Below, one piece after another: positions 26,512 to 32,000 of a stretch of DNA of 32,000 nt (its first letter is position 1; each line of letters opens with the position of its first letter). A program made the position numbers and the translations under genes. The stretch covers positions 8,323 through 40,322 of the forward strand of contig NZ_JAYKGW010000117.1 of NCBI RefSeq assembly GCF_035285525.1. Reading direction: 5' to 3'. The DNA is from Okeania sp. (lineage in GTDB: Bacteria; Cyanobacteriota; Cyanobacteriia; Cyanobacteriales; Microcoleaceae). Below the pieces are notes generated by a model that saw nothing but the letters and a program-made list of their open reading frames with translations, was not told where the DNA came from and did not search any database.

Positions 26512-26685
26512 TTATTGCTGTCTTTCTCGACGAGCTTCTATTAACTTATTAGCTACATCGCGAGCTATTTCCAAAGTTTCAGTCAAACTTTCTCCCTGAG
26601 CAACTAAACCAGGTAAAGCATCGCTAGTTGCTAAATAAACTCCTTCAGGTAACTTTTCAATCTCTAGTTGTAACAGTTTTTCCAT
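26512..26685 (-). CDS. HicB-family (UPF0150) antitoxin-like protein, short form
   Basis: MEKLLQLEIEKLPEGVYLATSDALPGLVAQGESLTETLEIARDVANKLIE matches the HicB N-domain pattern (GGY.A..P.LPG...QG.T.EEA). The longer ORF to 26760 would include a TATAAT box. Confidence 0.7.
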   Translation of the reverse strand: MEKLLQLEIEKLPEGVYLATSDALPGLVAQGESLTETLEIARDVANKLIEARRERQQ

Positions 26686-26789
26686 AATATTTTTATATTG
26701 GAGAAAGTCTAAAGTTTTCCTAATTTTTATTATGGCTATTATAGCAGTTTTCACAATCAATGAACCACAAAAAATGATAACCCAGTAAA

Positions 26790-26850
26790 GGTGCGTGACG
26801 GCAAAGTTTTTTTAGGTTTCCCGAAAATAGGATGCCGTCACACACCCTAC
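26790..26850. repeat. Family C palindromic module (GGTGCGTGACGGC ... GCCGTCACACACCCTAC)
   Basis: Inverted repeat GTGTGACGGC/GCCGTCACAC. Related copies occur at 12889-12960 and inside several family A MITEs. Confidence 0.6.
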
Positions 26851-26855
26851 TATTT

Positions 26856-27433
26856 TTATTCCCCCGCTTCCTCCAAAAATACGTCCTCATAAAGCATCTC
26901 AATGGGAAAGCTCAAATCTACAGAAGTTAAATTTACTTCGTCACCTTCCCCATAATTACAAAGTTCCCAAAAACCATTTTTGTTAAGTCGGAAACATTCT
27001 ATTGTCATCTCTTGCGCATCAATTAAAACGTATTCTTTTAAAGTAGAAATGTTGCGATAATTTTTAAATTTTTTACCCCTGTTAAAAGCTTCCGTACCTG
27101 GAGATAAAACCTCCACGACTAAACAAGGATGATAAATAACTTTAGTGGCACGTCGGTCTCTTTGATCGCAAGTTACCATGACATCAGGATAATAAAAGAG
27201 TCCGTTTTCGGATACTCCCAGTTTAGCATCTGCCATTAATACTTTACGCTTTTTACCTCGCAGATGATTTTTTAAAGCCACTGCCAAATTAACACTAATA
27301 TCATTATGAGGAATACTTTTCCCAGTCATGGAAAAACTTGACCGTTCATATATTCATATTTAATCGGTTGTTTTTCCTCCCAGTCAAAGTATTCTTGGGG
27401 AGTCATTGGAGCTGGTTTGGGAATTGCTACCAT
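26856..27433 (-). pseudogene. Uma2 (DUF820) family endonuclease with a 1-nt frameshift near codon 33
   Basis: The N-part MVAIPKPAPMTPQEYFDWEEKQPIKYEYMNGQVFP-stop (from 27433) joins MTGKSIPHNDISVNL... (27329) if one base is added in the T5 run at 27332-27336. The C-part has PDVMV and EVLSPGT, motifs typical of Uma2. Confidence 0.7.
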
Positions 27434-27575
27434 TGTTTTTCTCCTGATAATTGAGGTTTTGATTTCATTTTAACATATTGGGAAACACAGTTCTATCAGT
27501 ATCGTTTTTTGATAATATAGATTAAGCGTCGCTTATGCTAAAATAAGTGAATACAATTTTTTTATAAAAAAAATT

Positions 27576-27818
27576 ATGGACAAATATCGAGAACTTATAG
27601 TATCAAACCCTAAAATAATGATGGGCAAACCAACCATCGTCGGAACTCGTATTACGGTAGAATTTATTCTAGAAAGTCTGGCAGCAGGAGAGACTCCTGA
27701 AGAACTGTTGGAGGAGCATCCCCGATTGAAGCAGGAGGACATTCAAGCTGCTTTGGCCTTTGCTGCTCAAGCATTAAAAGCTGATGTCATTTATCCTATT
27801 GTGGAGACTGTTTCATGA
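27576..27818 (+). CDS. DUF433-family small protein (antitoxin-like partner of DUF5615)
   Basis: 80-aa ORF. IMMGKPTIVGTRITVEFILESLAAGETPEELLEEHPRLKQEDIQAALAFA is the DUF433 pattern. Its stop overlaps the next ATG (ATGA). Confidence 0.75.
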   Translation: MDKYRELIVSNPKIMMGKPTIVGTRITVEFILESLAAGETPEELLEEHPRLKQEDIQAALAFAAQALKADVIYPIVETVS

Positions 27819-28265
27819 ATTTATTGGCAGAGGAAAATATTAAGCAGGTAATAGTAGATCGCTTGCGAAAAGAGGGTCATATAGTTTGGTACGTTGTGGA
27901 AATGGAAGCAGGTCAGGACTTACGCAAAGGTAATATATAGTGTATCGGTGCGTTACGCTACCGCTAACACACCCTACCAATAGCGTTAACCCGTAAGTCC
28001 TACAGGTATTTCTGATGATGTAGTGCTAGATTTAGCTAACAGAAAAAGTGCGTTGTTGTTAACAGCAGATAAGGATTTTGGAGAGTGCGTCTTTCGTTTA
28101 AGTCGCGTTGCATCCGGTGTGATTTTGGTAAAATTGGCTGGAATACCTAATTTTAGTAAAGCTACTATTATTTCTGAGACGATAGCTAAATATTCTGATG
28201 AGTTACCTGATGCTTTTACTGTTATTACGCCAACTACAGTTCGCATTCGTTCGATAGGAACTTAA
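27815..28265 (+). pseudogene. DUF5615-family (PIN-like) gene split by a family A MITE
   Basis: N-part MNLLAEENIKQVIVDRLRKEGHIVWYVVEMEAG, then the MITE, then ISDDVVLDLANRKSALLLTADKDFGECVFR...IRIRS. Removing 27913-28006 (94 bp, a coordinate shift of one base is equivalent because the flanking AGG is duplicated) restores one frame. Confidence 0.75.
27915..28001. mobile_element. MITE family A copy inserted in a coding sequence
   Basis: AGGACTTACGCA at 27915 and CCGTAAGTCCT ending at 28001. CAGG/AGG is present on both flanks. The interior carries a family C module. Confidence 0.8.
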
Positions 28266-28379
28266 AAGTTAAGTAAGCGATCAATCTCCGTTCCGCTGCG
28301 CTATCACTCTTGTTTTCCAGGAAAAAGATAAGGCGATCAAACTCCGTTCCGCTGCGCGATCGCTTATTTTTCAAAACAG

Positions 28380-28408
28380 TTGACAATCTGGGAAAAAAAA
28401 AGTACACT
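28380..28408 (+). promoter_or_regulatory. Sigma70-like promoter (TTGACA-17-TACACT) within a conserved cassette upstream of xisH
   Basis: GCGATCGCTTATTTTTCAAAACAGTTGACAATCTGGG. A near-identical cassette occurs at 29233-29269. Confidence 0.5.
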
Positions 28409-28448
28409 ATAAAAGCTGTTTTATTTATTTTTTTGGCAGTTTTAACTA

Positions 28449-28868
28449 ATGTCGAGACGGGATAATTTGCATTTGCCACTGCGTCGTACTTTAGAAAAAG
28501 ACGGCTGGACTATTACCGACGATCCCCTAATTTTAGTTTTAGGAGAAACGGCATTAAAAGCAGATTTAGGAGCAGAAAAATTTTTTGCAGCAGAAAAGGA
28601 AGGACAGAAAATTGCTGTGGAAATCAAAGACTTTGATTCCCCTTCACCTATTAGCGAATAGGAAAAAACAATTGAGCAACTTCTGCTGTATCAATTAGCT
28701 CTGGAGATTCAAGAACCAGAAAGAAAAATATTTCTAGCTATTAGTCAAGCCAAATACCTTGAACATTTCCAAAAACAAATTTTTCAGCTAGCTGTCCAGC
28801 GTAGTAGAATTAATTTATTAGTTTACGAACCAGAACAGGAGGTTATTGTTCGATGGATTCCTTACTAA
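28449..28868 (+). pseudogene. xisH: XisH-family protein with an in-frame TAG at 28659-28661
   Basis: LEKDGWTITDDPL...ADLGAEK..AAEKEGQKIAVEIK matches XisH. The frame continues after TAG (EKTIEQLLLYQLALEIQEPERKIFLAI...INLLVYEPEQEVIVRWI) to the stop at 28866-28868. Confidence 0.75.
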
Positions 28869-29191
28869 ATTATTCAGATATCCTCAAAAAAACTGTGCAA
28901 GAAGCAACTCGCGATCAACCAGGTGTACAGCAGATCAGGCTATATCCTGTCTGCGATTTGGATTCTGGTCACTTCCTGATACTGGGAACAGGTTTAGATA
29001 AGCAAGGATGGAAAGATTTCATTCTTTTTCATGCTCGCGTAGTCGATCGCCAAGTCATTATTGAAATGGATAACTTTGAGGAAGGGTTAACTTCTTTACT
29101 TATTGACGCTGGTATCCGAAAGGAGGATATCATCACTGGTTTTAATTATCACAGAAATATGACTATGTCTAGAGATCGATCGGGTATTTGA
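28853..29191 (+). CDS. xisI: XisI-family protein
   Basis: 112-aa ORF overlapping the xisH end. YSDILKKTV...DSGHFLILGTGLDKQGW...ILFHARVVDRQVIIEMDNFEEGLTSLLIDAGIRKEDII is the XisI pattern. The C-terminal tail is divergent. Confidence 0.75.
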   Translation: MDSLLNYSDILKKTVQEATRDQPGVQQIRLYPVCDLDSGHFLILGTGLDKQGWKDFILFHARVVDRQVIIEMDNFEEGLTSLLIDAGIRKEDIITGFNYHRNMTMSRDRSGI

Positions 29192-29255
29192 GGAGAGGTG
29201 GCGATCATAAAAAGCGAAGATATTGGGTTGAGGCGATCGCTTATTTCTTAAAACT

Positions 29256-29284
29256 GTTGACAATCTCGGGTGGAAGAAGTAAAA
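29256..29284 (+). promoter_or_regulatory. Sigma70-like promoter (TTGACA-17-TAAAAT), second copy of the conserved cassette
   Basis: GCGATCGCTTATTTCTTAAAACTGTTGACAATCTCGGG, followed by a GTG-start RHH ORF. Confidence 0.5.
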
Positions 29285-29316
29285 TAGAATAATTGTTCTT
29301 TTAAAAAAATCGTTAG

Positions 29317-29469
29317 GTGAAATATTATGTCAGTAACGACAAATACTTAGAAAACGAGTATATTTCGGAACCAGAGCAAAAACAACTTTTAGAAAAGGCT
29401 GCTGCTTCGAGATATTTGACTGTCAGTGAGTATTTGCTACAACTGGCTTTGGATATTGCGACTGGGTAA
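29317..29469 (+). CDS. Small ribbon-helix-helix (CopG/DUF1778-like) antitoxin-type protein, GTG start
   Basis: ...ISEPEQKQLLEKAAASRYLTVSEYLLQLALDIATG fits the RHH antitoxin pattern. A stop lies immediately upstream of the GTG. Confidence 0.45.
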   Translation: MKYYVSNDKYLENEYISEPEQKQLLEKAAASRYLTVSEYLLQLALDIATG

Positions 29470-29566
29470 ATACAGGGAGCAGTATTAAGCAGGCAATAGT
29501 AGATGCCTTGTGAGTAGATAAATTTTTTTTGATATTTAAGCAAAAGTAAGAGGTACAAAGGTAGAT

Positions 29567-29797
29567 ATGAACGTTCGTGAAGAAACGATTTCTAAGATTA
29601 ATCAACTCCCTGAAGAGCTGGTGGGTGAGGTCAATAATTTTGTCAGTTTCTTATTGATGAAACACGATCGGGAAAACTGGCAATTATGGGATCTATTTAG
29701 TGAAGGTAAAAATTTAGCAGAATCGGATTTTTCTGATTATTTATCTAATTTGGAAGAATATGAGGAGCGTTTAGCTCGTCGAGAAATTCAATGGTAA
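29567..29797 (+). CDS. DUF2281-like antitoxin (MazE-position partner of MazF)
   Basis: 76-aa ORF. ISKINQLPEELVGEVNNFVSFLLMK is the DUF2281 pattern. Its stop overlaps the mazF-like start. Confidence 0.65.
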   Translation: MNVREETISKINQLPEELVGEVNNFVSFLLMKHDRENWQLWDLFSEGKNLAESDFSDYLSNLEEYEERLARREIQW

Positions 29798-30150
29798 ATT
29801 TTATCCGTGGGGATATGGTCCTATGCGATCTTAATCCGGTAGTTGGTACTGAACAAGCGGGAATAAGACCTGTGGTAATAGTACAAATAGATCGGGCAAA
29901 TGCGGTTAGTCCTCACACAATTATTGCACCGTTTACGAGTAAGATTAATCGAGCGCTTTTGCCTTCTCATGTACTTGTTCCTGCTGGTGTAGGTGGTTTG
30001 AGTTTAAATTCTGTGATTTTGTGCGAACAGCTTAGAGTAATTGACAAATCTCGAATTATGAAAAAAATTGGGTCATCTCGACGCTCTCTATCTAGAAGAA
30101 TTAGCAAAAGCGTTGAGTATAATATTGGGTTTGTCCCAAAAATAGCTTAA
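29791..30150 (+). CDS. mazF: MazF/PemK-family endoribonuclease toxin, probable C-terminal frameshift
   Basis: RGDMVLCDLNPVVGTEQAGIRPVVIVQ...IIAPFTS...CEQLRVIDKSRI is the MazF pattern. After KKIG the +1 frame reads HLDALYLEELAKALSIILGLSQK-stop, which fits the family better than the annotated SSRRSLSRRISKS tail. Confidence 0.75.
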   Translation: MVNFIRGDMVLCDLNPVVGTEQAGIRPVVIVQIDRANAVSPHTIIAPFTSKINRALLPSHVLVPAGVGGLSLNSVILCEQLRVIDKSRIMKKIGSSRRSLSRRISKSVEYNIGFVPKIA

Positions 30151-30271
30151 TAGCGATCGCCTAGCAGAAAATATTTATATCATTATCTATTTTCTGGCAA
30201 ATAGAACTTTGGAAGAGGTGCTGATAACTGTTAGCGAAGCTCCTCCGATAGGAGGCTAACTGATAACTGAA

Positions 30272-30343
30272 ATGAAGATGGTATTATTAATCTTGTTACT
30301 TTCGATCCTATTGAGGAGGTAATTGTTCGATGGATACTCTGAA
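30272..30343 (+). pseudogene. 3' fragment of a second xisH (23 codons)
   Basis: NEDGIINLVTFDPIEEVIVRWIL-stop parallels the xisH end INLLVYEPEQEVIVRWI. It is preceded by an STRR-like tract and an in-frame stop. Confidence 0.6.
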
Positions 30344-30668
30344 AGCTAAATATCGTTCTGCCGTGGAAAAAGTATTGTGCGACTACGCAGAATTTCTCGG
30401 TAACGACGATAAGGTTCAAATGGAACTGGTTTTGGATGGCAATAGCGATCGCTATCTTCTAGTTGAAACTGGATGGGATGATGGCTATCGCATTTATGGC
30501 ACGCTACTGCATTTGAATATTATTGATGATAAAATCTGGATTCAGCACGATGGCACGGAAGAGGGTGTAGCAAACGAACTGGTTGCTGCTGGCATCCCTA
30601 AAGATTCTATTGTTCTGGGATTCAGAACTCTACAAGAGCGTAAACTGACAGGATTTGCAGTGTGTTAA
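30330..30668 (+). CDS. xisI: XisI-family protein (second copy)
   Basis: 112-aa ORF. YRSAVEKVLCDYAEF...DRYLLVETGWDDGYRIYGTLLHLNIIDDKIWIQHDGTEEGVANELVAAGIPKDSIVLGF...TGFAV is canonical XisI. Confidence 0.85.
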   Translation: MDTLKAKYRSAVEKVLCDYAEFLGNDDKVQMELVLDGNSDRYLLVETGWDDGYRIYGTLLHLNIIDDKIWIQHDGTEEGVANELVAAGIPKDSIVLGFRTLQERKLTGFAVC

Positions 30669-30792
30669 TTGGAAGAGATATAGCTACCGCTAGGCTCCGT
30701 CAACGCCCAGCGGAATATGGAATGTCGTTCTATTGCTCCTACTTTCTAGCAAATAAAATGAGCGATGATTTATAGAAAATCATCTGTTCTAT

Positions 30793-32000
30793 TTACAGGA
30801 GGCTAGAGTTGAATACTTCTACGCTAGCTAGATCATAACCAGGGGAGTTTCCATCGTTATCTAACCCAAGAATTGTAATTCCTCTTACAGGTTCAGTTAA
30901 TCCAATGGTTGACAAGTCAAAAGTGCTAACTGCTTCACCTTGAATACCTCCCAAAAATTCATAGTTATTGAAGTCAGAGGTAACAAAGACATCTGCCTGA
31001 GCTTGTGTTGTAGTAGTATTTCTAATAATAATATCATCTCCCGGACTATCAATGATTGTTTGATTATCAAAACCAACGGTTACGAAGGAGTCAGTTGGCA
31101 AAGAAAGGAATTGAGTTAAGGCATCAGAATCTTTTCCTAAGACTACATCCGTGCTAACAGGAATTGGAAAATCTCCAAAATCTCCTGAAAGTATTCCCCC
31201 ATAAGGTCCTGCTATTGGTCCTGCACCGCTATCGGAAAACTGAAAAACTCTATTTACGGCTGTGGTTTGGCTGACAAGGCTAGAGTTTGGTACTTCTACG
31301 CTAGCTAAATCATAACCAGGGGAACCTCCATCGTTATCTAACCCAACAATTGCAATTCCTCTTACAGGTTGAGTAAATCCAATATTTGACAGGTCAAAAG
31401 TGCTAACTGCTTCACCTTGAATACCTCCCAAAAATTCATAGTTATTGAAGTCAGAGGTAACAAAGACATCTGCCTGAGCTTGTGTTGTGGTAGTATTTCT
31501 AATAATAACATCATCTCCCAGACCATCAATGATTATTTGATTATCAAAACCAACAATTACAAAGGAGTCGGTTGGCAAAGAAAGGAAGTCAGTTACGGAA
31601 TCAGAATCTCTTCCTAAGACTACATCTGTGCTGACAGGAACTGGAAAACCTCCTGAAACTATTCCCCCATAAGGTCCGTCGATTGGTCCCGCACCACTAT
31701 CGAAAAAATTAAAAACTCTATTGACAGGTGTGGTTTGGTTGCTAAAGCTTTGAAGGCTAGAGTTTGGTACTTCTACATTGATGACATCGAAGCCAGGCGA
31801 GTCACCACCATTATCTAACCCAACAATTCTTACTGCTGTTACAGGTTGAGTAAATCCAATAGTTGACAAGTCGAAAGCGTTAGAACCTTCTCCAGCTCTT
31901 CCCAGAAAGGTAAAATTCTCGAAGTCAGAACTGACGAAAATATCTGCAAATTCAGTATTACTATTACGGCCTACTTCATCAATAAAAATGTCGTTTCCTG
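30793..32000 (-). CDS. Repetitive protein of unknown function built of 159-aa tandem repeats (partial; continues beyond the window)
   Basis: The frame stays open to position 32000 (the listed start at 31869 is only a TTG). The repeat unit is ...FDLSNIGFTQPVRGIAIVGLDNDGGSPGYDLASVEVPNSSL...DVFVTSDFNNYEFLGGIQGEAVST. Confidence 0.7.
   Translation of the reverse strand, partial: GNDIFIDEVGRNSNTEFADIFVSSDFENFTFLGRAGEGSNAFDLSTIGFTQPVTAVRIVGLDNGGDSPGFDVINVEVPNSSLQSFSNQTTPVNRVFNFFDSGAGPIDGPYGGIVSGGFPVPVSTDVVLGRDSDSVTDFLSLPTDSFVIVGFDNQIIIDGLGDDVIIRNTTTTQAQADVFVTSDFNNYEFLGGIQGEAVSTFDLSNIGFTQPVRGIAIVGLDNDGGSPGYDLASVEVPNSSLVSQTTAVNRVFQFSDSGAGPIAGPYGGILSGDFGDFPIPVSTDVVLGKDSDALTQFLSLPTDSFVTVGFDNQTIIDSPGDDIIIRNTTTTQAQADVFVTSDFNNYEFLGGIQGEAVSTFDLSTIGLTEPVRGITILGLDNDGNSPGYDLASVEVFNSSLL
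30801..32000. repeat. 477-bp tandem repeats (at least 2.5 copies) inside the coding sequence
   Basis: GGCTAGAGTT(G/T)... landmarks at 30801, 31278 and 31755 give an exact 477-nt period. Long stretches are near-identical between copies. Confidence 0.9.

Noticed and set aside
26720-26902. 60-aa ORF (-) between the Uma2 gene and hicB-like
   Set aside because: It covers a family C palindromic repeat and the Uma2 3' end. The peptide is Cys/Arg-rich nonsense.
27533-28627. Minus-strand ORFs 27533-27742, 27986-28246, 28234-28479 and 28442-28627
   Set aside because: Each is antisense to a recognisable plus-strand gene (DUF433, DUF5615, xisH) or to the promoter cassette.
29325-29605. Minus-strand ORFs 29325-29558 and 29423-29605
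   Set aside because: They are antisense to the RHH ORF and the DUF2281 start, and their peptides are low-complexity.
1-32000. tRNA, rRNA, tmRNA or RNase P genes
   Set aside because: I scanned for T-arm-like GGTTCGAATCC/GGTTCAAGTCC-type motifs and rRNA-like conserved blocks. The only hit (GTTCAGTTCAAGCC at ~10598) is inside a MITE with no cloverleaf context.

Overview
The window looks like a chromosomal segment of a filamentous, Nostocales-type cyanobacterium. This is inferred from the many HIP1 palindromes (GCGATCGC), STRR-like heptamer tracts (CTGATAACTG), and the presence of opcA, a GUN4-domain gene and XisH/XisI modules. About 14 housekeeping genes are readable: class A PBP, agmatine deiminase family, opcA, GUN4-domain protein, M16 peptidase-like protein, rimK plus a retropepsin-like partner, gcvT, a lambda-R-type lytic transglycosylase, nadA, a NupC-family transporter, der and alaS. 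Almost every intergenic region is packed with at least three families of small MITE-like or palindromic repeats and several tandem hairpin arrays. There are two accessory patches. (i) 20.1-22.5 kb, between der and alaS: a truncated PIN toxin stub, a 235-codon frame with two in-frame stops, an orphan copy of the alaS 3' end with its terminator, and a ~0.9 kb insertion carrying a small two-TM protein. (ii) 25.5-30.7 kb: a HicB-led four-ORF operon of unknown function, followed by a dense array of toxin-antitoxin-like and XisH/XisI modules. In nearly every one of these modules the nuclease or toxin partner is damaged (frameshift, nonsense codon, MITE insertion or truncation) while the small partner is intact. 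The right end holds a partial gene for a protein built of near-identical 159-aa (477-bp) tandem repeats. I found no rRNA, tRNA or CRISPR array. All functional calls come from motif recognition by eye, since no database search was possible.
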